From an uncultured Acidimicrobiia bacterium (GTDB lineage Bacteria; Actinomycetota; Acidimicrobiia; Spongiisociales; ZC4RG35), in NCBI GenBank assembly GCA_964195235.1, contig CAXMOW010000003.1:16773-80772 (forward strand): a DNA stretch of 64,000 bases. The letters run 5' to 3'. Position numbers and translations under genes: made by a program. The stretch's first letter is position 1. Each line of letters opens with the position of its first letter. Positions 26,760 through 35,669 of this stretch are shown here, in pieces. The notes beneath the pieces are model-generated. The model did not search any database and was not told the DNA's origin. It was given only the letters and a program-made list of their open reading frames with translations.

Positions 26760-28379
26760 ATGGAATGGTTTGATAGCTGGGCCCTGCCCATCATCGTGTT
26801 CCTACCTGTGGTGGGCGCCCTGTTCCTTGGGTTCATACCCAACGACAATGAAGGTGCGCTGAAGAGAACAGGCCTTCTCATCTCGGTCCTGGCGTTTGTC
26901 GCATCTTTGGTGTTGGTCGGTCAGTTCGACTACTCATCCAGCGCGTACAACAGCTACCAATTCGAGGTCAATGAGACCTGGATTGGCGCTATCAACGCCA
27001 ACTTCCACGTGGGTATCGACGGAATCAGCCTTCCCCTCCTGGTGCTGTCCACGTTCATTGTCATGCTTGCCGTGATCTACTCGTGGAACCATTGGGACGA
27101 GCCAAAAAACCCCAAGGGTTTTCTCATCCTGATGATGATCTTGGCCACCGGGATGAACGGGACGTTTGTTGCCCTCGACCTGGTTCTGTTCTTCGTCTTC
27201 TTTGAGATCGTGTTGCTCCCGATGTATTTCATGATTGGGATCTGGGGTGACAAGGCCCCGCGAAAAGTGCCGGGATTCGCCAAGGAGTTCGAGACCAGGC
27301 TCTACGCCTCGATCAAGTTCTTCTTGTTCACCCTTTTCGGCTCGGCTTTCATGTTGTTGGGTTTTCTCGCCCTCTATTTCGAGTCAGGAAAGTTTGGCGA
27401 GCGCACCTTCGACATCCCGCGGCTAACCGAGCTTGGCGCCGGCGGGGCGTTCACGGGCACTTTCGCTTTCCTGGTGTTTGGGGCGATGTTCCTCGGCTTT
27501 GCGGTGAAGGTGCCGATGTTCCCGTTCCACACCTGGCTTCCTGACGCTCACACAGCGGCGCCGACTGTCGGGTCTGTGCTGCTGGCTGCAATCCTTCTGA
27601 AGCTCGGCTCGTACGGATTCATTCGGATCTCGCTTCCGATCCTCCCTGACGAGGCCAGAAGTTGGGCGTCTTTCATTGCGATCCTGGCAGTGATCGGGAT
27701 CATCTATGGATCTCTGGCGTGTTTGGCACAAACCGATTTGAAACGGTTGATCGCGTTCTCATCCGTGGGACATATGGGATTCGTCATGCTTGGAATAGCG
27801 ACGATGACCGACATCGGCATCAATGCTGCGATCATTGGCATGGTCGCTCACGGTCTTATCACTGGTCTCCTCTTCTTCCTGGCCGGTTCGATGCATCATC
27901 GATATCACACGAGGGAGATGGCGCGTCTTGGCGGCAACATCAAGCTGATGCCGGTGATGGGGGGGATACTCGCGTTTACCGCGATGGCGTCTCTCGGCCT
28001 ACCCGGCCTTGCCGGGTTCTGGGGCGAGTTCATGTCACTCCTCAGCGCCTATAACCCTCTTCCCGGTCTTTCGCTGGGTGTGTTCCGGACCGCGATGGTC
28101 ATTGCAGCCATTGGGACCGTGCTCACAGCCGGCTACATGCTTTGGATGCTTCAGAAGGTGAACCTCGGTGAACCCAACGAGGAATGGGAAGGGCACGATC
28201 TGCCGGACGTCGATCGTTTCGAGTTGATTGCATGGGTTCCCTTGATCGTGATGATCGTGTTGATTGGCTTCTTCCCGAAGATCATCTTTGACTCGACGAC
28301 TGACACTGTCACGTCAATGGTGGACATGATTTTCAACGTTGACACCACCGCATCTATCACCAACGTCGTAGGTGGTTGA
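26760..28379 (+). CDS. nuoM: NADH-quinone oxidoreductase subunit M (second operon)
   Basis: 539 aa (FPFHTWLPDAHTAAPTVGSVLLAAILLKLG). Confidence 0.95.
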   Translation: MEWFDSWALPIIVFLPVVGALFLGFIPNDNEGALKRTGLLISVLAFVASLVLVGQFDYSSSAYNSYQFEVNETWIGAINANFHVGIDGISLPLLVLSTFIVMLAVIYSWNHWDEPKNPKGFLILMMILATGMNGTFVALDLVLFFVFFEIVLLPMYFMIGIWGDKAPRKVPGFAKEFETRLYASIKFFLFTLFGSAFMLLGFLALYFESGKFGERTFDIPRLTELGAGGAFTGTFAFLVFGAMFLGFAVKVPMFPFHTWLPDAHTAAPTVGSVLLAAILLKLGSYGFIRISLPILPDEARSWASFIAILAVIGIIYGSLACLAQTDLKRLIAFSSVGHMGFVMLGIATMTDIGINAAIIGMVAHGLITGLLFFLAGSMHHRYHTREMARLGGNIKLMPVMGGILAFTAMASLGLPGLAGFWGEFMSLLSAYNPLPGLSLGVFRTAMVIAAIGTVLTAGYMLWMLQKVNLGEPNEEWEGHDLPDVDRFELIAWVPLIVMIVLIGFFPKIIFDSTTDTVTSMVDMIFNVDTTASITNVVGG

Positions 28380-28415
28380 CAAGGTGCACTCCACCCCGCC
28401 TGAACTCGAGCGCAG

Positions 28416-29900
28416 ATGACCTTCGAAATTGACTATCTCGCGCTCGCACCTGAGCTGATCATCGTTGCCACGTTGCTGGCGGTGCTGACGGCCGACTTGA
28501 TGCTGCCACGGGAGAAGAAGTATTGGACCGCAACCATTGCTGTTGCCGGCACCGCTCTTGCGTTGATTCCTCTTGCGGTGCTCACGATCAACGGCGACGT
28601 GATCTCGATGTTCGACGGGTCTTATGTGGTCGACACGTTTGCCGTCGTTCTCAAAGGTCTCTTCCTGGTGTCGGCTTACATCGTTTTTCTGATGTCGGTC
28701 AACTACATCGAGTCCGATCGCTACTACCAGGGCGAGTACTACTTTCTCCTACTGGCATCGTTGCTCGGATCTCTGGTGATGGCCTCATCGCGGGATCTGA
28801 TCATCCTCTTTATTGGGATCGAGTTGGTCACTGGCCCGCTTTACCTGCTGGCGGGGTGGAGGAAAGGTGATGTCAAGTCCAACGAGGCATCGATGAAGTA
28901 CTTCATCCTGGGGGTCCTCTCGACCGCCATCCTTCTCTACGGCATGTCTCTGCTATTCGGACTCACCGGAGAGATCACCTTCGCCGGGCTCGCCGAGGCG
29001 ACCCAAGGCAGGGCAGATGAGCCGGCGATGATCATGGCCGTTCTATTTGTGATCGTCGGATTCGCCTTCAAAATCGCGGCTGTACCGTTTCATTTCTGGG
29101 CACCCGATACTTACGAAGGCGCACCCACGCCGATCACGGCGTATCTGTCTGTCAACTCCAAGGCAGCCGGTTTTGTGGCCATGTTGTTGGTGATGTATCT
29201 CGCCCTACCCGGCTTGTCCGATATTTGGGGGCCGGCTCTGTGGCTGCTTGCGGCGCTGTCGATGACCATCGGCAACCTCTCTGCGCTCCGTCAGACCAAC
29301 ATCGTCCGACTGCTTGCCTATTCATCGGTGGCCCAGGCCGGGTTCATGCTTGTGCCATTCGCGGCGGCCGCCGTCGCAGGAGCCGATCTCGAGGAGGCCT
29401 TTGCTGCGACCGTGATCTATCTGGTGATCTATGCGGTTATGAACCTCGGTGCCTTCGGCGTTGTGATCGCGGCGGCCAACAAGACACACTCCGGAGAAGT
29501 CGACGGCTGGGCCGGTCTGGGGAAAGTCGATGCCCGGATCGGTCTATTGATCGTTGTGTTCTTTTTCAGCCTTGCCGGGATTCCGCCGCTTGCAGGTTGG
29601 TTCGCCAAGTTCGCCATGTTCCGGGCGGTGATCATTGCCGGCGGGGCGGCAACGGTGGTCCTTGCCGTGATCGCCGCCATCAACGCGGTGATTGCGTTCT
29701 ACTACTACGCCAGAGTGGTCAAAAGTGTCTGGCTCGATGACCCCAAGGGAGAGTTCCCTGGAGATGTGGACGCCGCACCCGCAGTTTCACTGCGTCTCGC
29801 ACTGGGCATTTCCGCCGCTTTGACCATTGCCATCGGCATCTACCCGGCGATCGCAACATTTGTTGGCGATGCCTCGAGGGTGATCGCCGCCGGGGGCTGA
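28416..29900 (+). CDS. nuoN: NADH-quinone oxidoreductase subunit N (second operon)
   Basis: 494 aa (VPFHFWAPDTYEGAPTPITAYL). Confidence 0.9.
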   Translation: MTFEIDYLALAPELIIVATLLAVLTADLMLPREKKYWTATIAVAGTALALIPLAVLTINGDVISMFDGSYVVDTFAVVLKGLFLVSAYIVFLMSVNYIESDRYYQGEYYFLLLASLLGSLVMASSRDLIILFIGIELVTGPLYLLAGWRKGDVKSNEASMKYFILGVLSTAILLYGMSLLFGLTGEITFAGLAEATQGRADEPAMIMAVLFVIVGFAFKIAAVPFHFWAPDTYEGAPTPITAYLSVNSKAAGFVAMLLVMYLALPGLSDIWGPALWLLAALSMTIGNLSALRQTNIVRLLAYSSVAQAGFMLVPFAAAAVAGADLEEAFAATVIYLVIYAVMNLGAFGVVIAAANKTHSGEVDGWAGLGKVDARIGLLIVVFFFSLAGIPPLAGWFAKFAMFRAVIIAGGAATVVLAVIAAINAVIAFYYYARVVKSVWLDDPKGEFPGDVDAAPAVSLRLALGISAALTIAIGIYPAIATFVGDASRVIAAGG

Positions 29901-29941
29901 ATTCCCCCGGCACGGACGAACGTGAACAACGGTCCGTTTTT
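29889..29941 (+). terminator. Tandem hairpins at the end of the second nuo operon (candidate intrinsic terminator)
   Basis: The first hairpin is an 8-bp GC stem, gccggggg-ctgaatt-cccccggc (29889-29911), with the nuoN stop codon in its loop. The second is acggac..gtccgt (29912-29937), followed by a T-run (tttttcg). Confidence 0.45.
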
Positions 29942-29989
29942 CGTAACTTGATGCTGCTTGTTTGTAGGCAAACAAGTGCAACGAGGTGC

Positions 29990-30589
29990 TTAGCGCGTCG
30001 CTCCGCTCCTACGCAGCGCCCGATACTCCCGGTCCAGCAGCGACCACAATGAGTGGTCGACCCAATTGCCCCGGATCAGCAATTCCTCCCGCAACACACC
30101 TTCGCGGGTGAACCCGAGCTTCTCAGCTACACGGTCGGAGGCGTCGTTACCCAACGCGATCCGCAATACGACCTTGTGATAGCCAAGTGCGTCGAACGTT
30201 TCCTCCAAAAGCCGGTCGACTGCTTCGGTGCACACACCTCTGCTCACTTCGTCTGAGCGGACCCAGTAGCCGATCTCCGCAATTTTTCCGAGTTTTGATG
30301 TCGTCCAGACCGAGATGTTGCCTATGTGTCGAGAGGGGTCATCTCGCTTGCGGATCGAGTAGTCCCACGCTCGATCTTCTTTCCAGGCCTGGACTGATTC
30401 TCGGATGAAGGCAGTGGTGTCCCCGCTCGTGTAGTCCATTCGAGCCCAAGGCAGCCACTGGTTCAGGTCGGGCAATGACGCCCTGATCGCGTCGTCGAGG
30501 GTCGAAGCGTCTCGACGAGTAAATCGCTGCAAGACGAAGCGTTCTGTTTCCAATTGTCCCCTGGGCATCGGGTCAGGATATCCATGCAC
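29990..30589 (-). CDS. GNAT-family N-acetyltransferase (RimJ/RimL-like)
   Basis: RFVLQRFTRRD..IGNISVW..AEIGYWV..GYHKVVLRIALGNDASDRVAEKLGFTREGVLREE. The start may be the internal Met at 30568. Confidence 0.8.
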   Translation of the reverse strand: MHGYPDPMPRGQLETERFVLQRFTRRDASTLDDAIRASLPDLNQWLPWARMDYTSGDTTAFIRESVQAWKEDRAWDYSIRKRDDPSRHIGNISVWTTSKLGKIAEIGYWVRSDEVSRGVCTEAVDRLLEETFDALGYHKVVLRIALGNDASDRVAEKLGFTREGVLREELLIRGNWVDHSLWSLLDREYRALRRSGATR

Positions 30590-30606
30590 TTAGTCTGCAC
30601 AACCAC

Positions 30607-31137
30607 ATGTGGGATTCCTTACAACTGGTTGACGGCTACCCCGAACCCGGTGAGAAGCCGATGGCGGCCGTGCTCGCTCCGCTATACGAGGATGAGCAAG
30701 GTGATATTCGGGTTGTGCTCACCAAGCGTCCCGACACCATGCCAACCCACGCCGGGCATATTTCTTTTCCCGGCGGCCGACCCGACCCGGCTGACAACGG
30801 GCCAGTAGACACCGCCCTGCGAGAAACCCACGAAGAGGTCGGAATCGAACCAAATCGTGTCGAAGTTCTCGGATTTCTCCCCCCCATAGACACTGTCGAA
30901 TTCAGTCTCCTCGTGGTTCCTGTGGTCGGACGAGTGACAACACCGCTCAATCTCGTACCCTCCGAACGCGAGGTTGCCAGGATCTACACGCCGCTTCTCT
31001 CCGACCTGGCCAACCCGGACGGCTGGTGGCATGTCCCATGGAACGATTGGAAGGTCTGGTACTACGACCTCGAAGGCGACACTCTTTGGGGTGCAACGGC
31101 TCACATGGTGAGGATGTTGGTGGGTCTCGACGAATAG
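30607..31137 (+). CDS. NUDIX hydrolase (CoA pyrophosphatase-like)
   Basis: Nudix box FPGGRPDPADNGPVDTALRETHEEVGI. Preceded by LTKRPDTMPTHAGHISFPGG, which is typical of the NudL/CoA-pyrophosphatase subgroup. Confidence 0.8.
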   Translation: MWDSLQLVDGYPEPGEKPMAAVLAPLYEDEQGDIRVVLTKRPDTMPTHAGHISFPGGRPDPADNGPVDTALRETHEEVGIEPNRVEVLGFLPPIDTVEFSLLVVPVVGRVTTPLNLVPSEREVARIYTPLLSDLANPDGWWHVPWNDWKVWYYDLEGDTLWGATAHMVRMLVGLDE

Positions 31138-31479
31138 AGCTCGAGGCCCTACAGATCAGCCCCCTCAATCTGTCGAGACTATCCGGGTGAGTTCACGCGC
31201 CCCCGTGGAGGCTCAGGAGAGGTTCCATACGTATGTGGCGGTGACGATTCCCGTATTGGGTTTCGTCGAGTTTTCCCGCGCTATGGACTCTCCATCAGCC
31301 ATTGCTTGACTTGCTGGCTATTTGGCGCTCATGTCAACGCATTCGATTTCGCCGCCGTTTTCGGGCTGATGATGGTTTTGGCCGGGACGTTGTTGGCCGG
31401 AAGCAGACTGGTACGGGCCGGCATAATTGCCGGCCGAGTGCCAGGGCGAATCTGAGGCGAGCGAACTGGCATAGAATCG

Positions 31480-32553
31480 GTGGCCGGGGTTATGGGTACT
31501 TCACTTCTCACCAAACGTCTTCTTATAGGCGGCGCTGTGTTCGTCGGGATCTTTGTGGTCGCGGCAGCCGGTTTTGCGTTGTCCACATGGGGAGACGTCA
31601 ACCGGGTGTCGATTGATCGCCCCATTGATGATCCCGCACCTGTCGCTCCGTCCAAGGCCGCTGAGGAGAAGGGCGACGAAGATGAGGGTGATTCTTCTGT
31701 CGGTTCGGACCGGCATGGAATCGACGTGATGCTGATGGTTGGTTCCGACTCGCGCGATGACCTTGATGATCTCGAAGGCTTCGGTGAGTTTGAGGGAACC
31801 AGGGCTGATGTTGTCATGGTGATGATTCGCACCGAGTCTGAGACTGCTGTGATTTCGCTACCGAGAGACCTCTTGGTGCAGGACCGCTGCACAGGGGCGC
31901 AGAGCCGGCTCAACGTCATGCTCGAAGGCTGCGGTGACGAGCTAAACGGTCCGACATTGATCACTCTCGCCGTCGAGGATCTGATTGGCGTGACCGTAGA
32001 CCACTTTGCGATGGTCGACTTGGCCGGTTTTCAAGGAGCGGTCGACGCCATAGGAGGGTACGAGATTTGCGTCGAGAATTCGGTGCGAGACCGCCGTTCC
32101 AATCTTGAACTTCCGGCCGGATGCACGCACGCCAGCGGTGAGCAGACCCTCGCTTGGCTTCGCTCCCGTTCGACCCAGGAGCTGACGGACAACGGCTGGC
32201 GAGTCATGGCAGGTGTCAATGATCTGGCTCGCAACGAGCGTCAGCGAGAGTTCATGATCGACATGATGAGTCGACTTTCCGATTTCACCAGCCCACAGGC
32301 GATGGCGTCGACAGCCCGGTCGATTGCACCTTTTGTCACTGTGGATTCCCAACTAACCCTGAGCGAGGCCATCGACCTGGCTTGGGCATTGCGGGGGATG
32401 GGTAGTGGTGGGATCAAGGAACTCGACGTTCCGGTCCACGACTTTATAACTGATTCCGGCGCCGCCGTATTGGTGGCGTCCACACCAGTTGATGTGATCG
32501 TCGCCGGGTTTGTGACCCCCGAGACGGCCCAGGAAGGCCCGGCCACCGGTTGA
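31480..32553 (+). CDS. LCP (LytR-CpsA-Psr) family cell-envelope phosphotransferase
   Basis: N-terminal TM segment, then MLMVGSDSRDD..RADVVMVMIRTE..ISLPRDL motifs. The start is GTG 31480 or ATG 31492. Confidence 0.85.
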   Translation: MAGVMGTSLLTKRLLIGGAVFVGIFVVAAAGFALSTWGDVNRVSIDRPIDDPAPVAPSKAAEEKGDEDEGDSSVGSDRHGIDVMLMVGSDSRDDLDDLEGFGEFEGTRADVVMVMIRTESETAVISLPRDLLVQDRCTGAQSRLNVMLEGCGDELNGPTLITLAVEDLIGVTVDHFAMVDLAGFQGAVDAIGGYEICVENSVRDRRSNLELPAGCTHASGEQTLAWLRSRSTQELTDNGWRVMAGVNDLARNERQREFMIDMMSRLSDFTSPQAMASTARSIAPFVTVDSQLTLSEAIDLAWALRGMGSGGIKELDVPVHDFITDSGAAVLVASTPVDVIVAGFVTPETAQEGPATG

Positions 32554-32575
32554 CAGTTCCCGCCATCCTCCCGCA

Positions 32576-33589
32576 GTGACAATTCCCTCCACCCTTCCAC
32601 CCGGTCAGATTGAAACCAAACGATTCCCTGTGGTTGGGGAGCGTGCACCATCAAAGGGGGCTTCAACGTGGTCGCTTGACATCGCTGGGCTCGTCAAAAT
32701 GCCTCTGACGCTGTCTCTTGGTGACTATCTGGATCTAGAACATCGTGAGCTGGTATTCGACATCCACTGTGTGACCTCGTGGACCCGTTTCGGTAGTCGG
32801 TTCTTTGGTGTCCCGATTTCGACGCTGTTTGAACCGATCAAGGAAGCCCGTTTCGTCTCGTTTTCCGCGTTCTCTGATCGCGACCATCACACCTCGTTAC
32901 CGCTCGAGGTGGCGATGGAGAGCAGTTGGCTGGTTCACAAGTTCGAGGGCGAGCCTCTTTCGGTTGAACATGGCGGACCGGTGCGGGTGGTCACGCCGGG
33001 CAAGTACTTCTACAAGTCATTGAAGTGGGTGAAGGCCGTCGACGTCCTCGCGGCAGATCGTCTCGGTTGGTGGGAGACAGACTCCTCGTATCACAACAAC
33101 GCTGACCCGTCGACGGGTGATCAGCGGTTTACGACAGGATCGCTGCGCCCCCAGCAGTTGGAACGATTCCTCAATGCCACCAACTACAACAAATATCGGG
33201 GTCGGGTGATGCTTGGTCTAGATCTTCGTTCGTGGCGTCCCACCGACCGTGATCTGCGTCGTCTCTATTTGAAGAACTGCAACTTGAGCGGAGTCGATCT
33301 CTCCGGAACGGACATGCGTGACTCGAATCTCTCACTCAGTTCCTTCGTGCGGGCCAACATGAATGACGTCGACCTCTCAGGCTCCGACCTAGAGGGAGCC
33401 GATTTAACCGGGGCGATGCTCTCGGGTGCCGACCTGAGTGGGACTGCCCTGTCTGCAACGAGGTTCGATGGTGCGACCGTCGAGGGGACGAAATTTGAGT
33501 CTTCTTGGGGGCTGGTGGAGGCGCAGCACGCCTATCTTGTCGGTCAGGGGATTGCGGCGAACTCCTTCTCGAAAGGACAAGATGGCTGA
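32576..33589 (+). CDS. Molybdopterin-dependent oxidoreductase domain (sulfite-oxidase fold) fused to a pentapeptide-repeat domain
   Basis: N-terminal part: DIHCVTSWTRFGSRFFGV..GGPVRVVTPGKYFYKSLKWVKAVDVL. C-terminal part: consecutive A(D/N)LXX pentapeptides (NLSGVDLSGTDMRDSNLSLSSFVRANMNDVDLSGSDLEGADLTGAMLSGADLSGTALS). GTG start and no signal peptide. Confidence 0.8.
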   Translation: MTIPSTLPPGQIETKRFPVVGERAPSKGASTWSLDIAGLVKMPLTLSLGDYLDLEHRELVFDIHCVTSWTRFGSRFFGVPISTLFEPIKEARFVSFSAFSDRDHHTSLPLEVAMESSWLVHKFEGEPLSVEHGGPVRVVTPGKYFYKSLKWVKAVDVLAADRLGWWETDSSYHNNADPSTGDQRFTTGSLRPQQLERFLNATNYNKYRGRVMLGLDLRSWRPTDRDLRRLYLKNCNLSGVDLSGTDMRDSNLSLSSFVRANMNDVDLSGSDLEGADLTGAMLSGADLSGTALSATRFDGATVEGTKFESSWGLVEAQHAYLVGQGIAANSFSKGQDG

Positions 33590-34559
33590 CAAAAGAGTGT
33601 TTTCAGGCATGCAGCCGACCGGCGAGATCCACATCGGGAACCTGATGGGTGCTCTAAGCAACTGGGTGGCAATGCAGGATGAATACGACACCGTCTACAA
33701 CGTCGTCGATCTCCACGCCATGACAATCCCGTTTGACTCGGCGACCTTCGCTCAGGAGCGAAATGACCTGGCCAAGATGATTCTCGCTGTTGGTGTCGAC
33801 CCCGGACGATCCCTCCTCTATTACCAATCAGAGGTGTCACAGCACGTCGAGTTGACCTGGATCCTTTCGACCCTGACCGGCTTGGGCCAGCTGGAGAGAA
33901 TGACCCAGTTCAAGGAGAAGGCTGACAAGGCCGGTCAAAATCTGGGCTTGTTCTCATATCCGGTGTTGATGGCGGCGGATATTCTCATCCATCGCGTCCA
34001 CGCGGTTCCCGTAGGCAATGACCAGACCCAGCATCTGGAGTTGACCCGTGACCTCGCAGAGAGATTCAACAGTCGATTTGGCGAGGTCTTCCCGATTCCG
34101 GAACGGATCACTCCGAAGATCGGGGCGCGTGTCATGTCGCTAACGGATCCCAAATCCAAAATGGCCAAATCTGACCCAAGTGTGAAATCTCGCATCTTGC
34201 TCACCGACAGCACTGATCAAATTATGAAGAAGGTGAAGTCAGCGGTTACCGACACCGGTTCCGAGGTTGCCTTTGACTGGGAGGAGAAGCCCGGCATCTC
34301 CAACCTGCTGGAGATGTTCTCGTTTTTTAGTGATCGTTCGATCGACGATCTGGTGGGAGAGTACGCAACGTCGGGGTACGGCAACCTCAAGGTTGCCGTT
34401 GGGGAGTCCGTGGCGGCAGGGATCAAACCGATCCGTGAGGCCTATGAAGGGATGTCCGACTCCGATGTGGCGGACGTGATGTCGGCCAGCTCTGTCCGCG
34501 CTCGGATTTCAGCTGACGCCACCATGACCTTGGTCCGTGAGGCCACCGGCCTCACCTAA
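33582..34559 (+). CDS. trpS: Tryptophan--tRNA ligase
   Basis: Class I motifs: GMQPTGEIHIGNL (HIGH) and KMAKSD (KMSKS). The start overlaps the upstream stop. Confidence 0.95.
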   Translation: MADKRVFSGMQPTGEIHIGNLMGALSNWVAMQDEYDTVYNVVDLHAMTIPFDSATFAQERNDLAKMILAVGVDPGRSLLYYQSEVSQHVELTWILSTLTGLGQLERMTQFKEKADKAGQNLGLFSYPVLMAADILIHRVHAVPVGNDQTQHLELTRDLAERFNSRFGEVFPIPERITPKIGARVMSLTDPKSKMAKSDPSVKSRILLTDSTDQIMKKVKSAVTDTGSEVAFDWEEKPGISNLLEMFSFFSDRSIDDLVGEYATSGYGNLKVAVGESVAAGIKPIREAYEGMSDSDVADVMSASSVRARISADATMTLVREATGLT

Positions 34560-34648
34560 CCGTCCTCCTACTTTGATCGGACAAGCGCTTGCGTCACCCA
34601 AAACGGGTCGTTCTTCGTCTGTATGGGCAAGACACCGAGGAGGGTGAC

Positions 34649-35251
34649 GTGACATGGAAGGGAAGGTCGGCAGCTTTGGGGGTGGTCGTCGTTGTCCTTT
34701 TGTTGGTCGAAGACGTCCTCGGGCCGGTGATCGGACTGCCACTTTTGGCATTGACTGTGGGGTTCGCCTGGCGATTCACCGACCGCTTCTGGAAGACGGT
34801 GGCGTTCGGGCTCGTCGGCGGTGTGATTGCCGGCGTGCTGATCATGGGTCCCGGGTTTCGGCTCGCGATGCGAGTAGTGGCGATCATGGAGCCAACAAAG
34901 ACTCCTGAGTTTTCGGTAGGAGGAACCCTTTTCATAATCGTTGGCATCGGTGGGATTCTTGGTGGCATTCTTGCAATGGCTGGCAATCTCATCCGCAGGG
35001 CGACTTCGATTGGATCGTCGATTGGAGCGGGCGTAGTTCTGGCCGCCTTGGTGATGACCATGCTGTTGGTCGATTCCGAACTGCGAGCCGAGTTTTTTGA
35101 GCTGGGCGGCGGGCCGTGGATCAACATCCCCATGTTTGGGTTGATTGCTCTCGGCTACGGCATCTCCGCGATGGCGACGGCGGAGTACATGGAAAGACAG
35201 GCGGCCGACAGAAATCCGACCGTCACCGAAAGTCAGAAGGTGCCAGCATGA
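34649..35251 (+). CDS. Hypothetical membrane protein
   Basis: GTG start preceded by gaggaggg. About 5-6 hydrophobic segments. The overlapping antisense ORF 34568-35392 is Arg/Pro/His-rich and was judged spurious. Confidence 0.55.
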   Translation: MTWKGRSAALGVVVVVLLLVEDVLGPVIGLPLLALTVGFAWRFTDRFWKTVAFGLVGGVIAGVLIMGPGFRLAMRVVAIMEPTKTPEFSVGGTLFIIVGIGGILGGILAMAGNLIRRATSIGSSIGAGVVLAALVMTMLLVDSELRAEFFELGGGPWINIPMFGLIALGYGISAMATAEYMERQAADRNPTVTESQKVPA

Positions 35252-35273
35252 CGGCTGCACGAAGGGAGTGCGA

Positions 35274-35666
35274 ATGAGTTGGTGGGTGATCGAACTCATC
35301 ACCAACGTCGTCCTGGTAGCGATCTTGGTGATCCTGGGACCGCTGATAAAGCGTTTCGGGCGGGCGTACGCAGGTGACGTGTTTCGGGCCAACCCAAGGA
35401 CGGGGAAGAGCTATCTGGTCCTGATGGACGTGGCTTACTACCTGATCTTCACCGCTTACATCCTGTTCACAATCCGGTTCGAGCCACAGCCCGGTTGGGA
35501 GAATTCGGTGGCGGCCCAAATTCAAGACGAGGTAGTTCGTGTTGCAGGGATGCTCTTGTTGATGGGGATACTGCACGGTCTGAACGTTCTCAGCCTTCCT
35601 CTCATCGGCCGTCTTCTTGGAATGAGCAGGCAACTCGAGGAAGACACACCAGCGGCCTCTGGATAG
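35274..35666 (+). CDS. Small membrane protein, stand-alone copy of a module also found in the downstream anti-sigma-like protein
   Basis: 130 aa with 3-4 TM segments. It aligns over about 110 aa with residues about 75-190 of the 36218-36952 product (FGRAYAGDVF..LVLMDVAYYLIFT..LLLMGILHGLNV vs FARSFVADVF..LVVLDIAYYLVFT..LLFMGLLHAVNI). Confidence 0.6.
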   Translation: MSWWVIELITNVVLVAILVILGPLIKRFGRAYAGDVFRANPRTGKSYLVLMDVAYYLIFTAYILFTIRFEPQPGWENSVAAQIQDEVVRVAGMLLLMGILHGLNVLSLPLIGRLLGMSRQLEEDTPAASG

Positions 35667-35669
35667 ACC

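Noticed and set aside
29957-29976. 8-bp hairpin cttgtttg-tagg-caaacaag between nuoN2 and the convergent GNAT gene, considered as the GNAT terminator.
   Set aside because: There is no U-run on either strand immediately after the stem. It may add to bidirectional termination together with the 29889-29941 hairpins, but on its own it is ambiguous.
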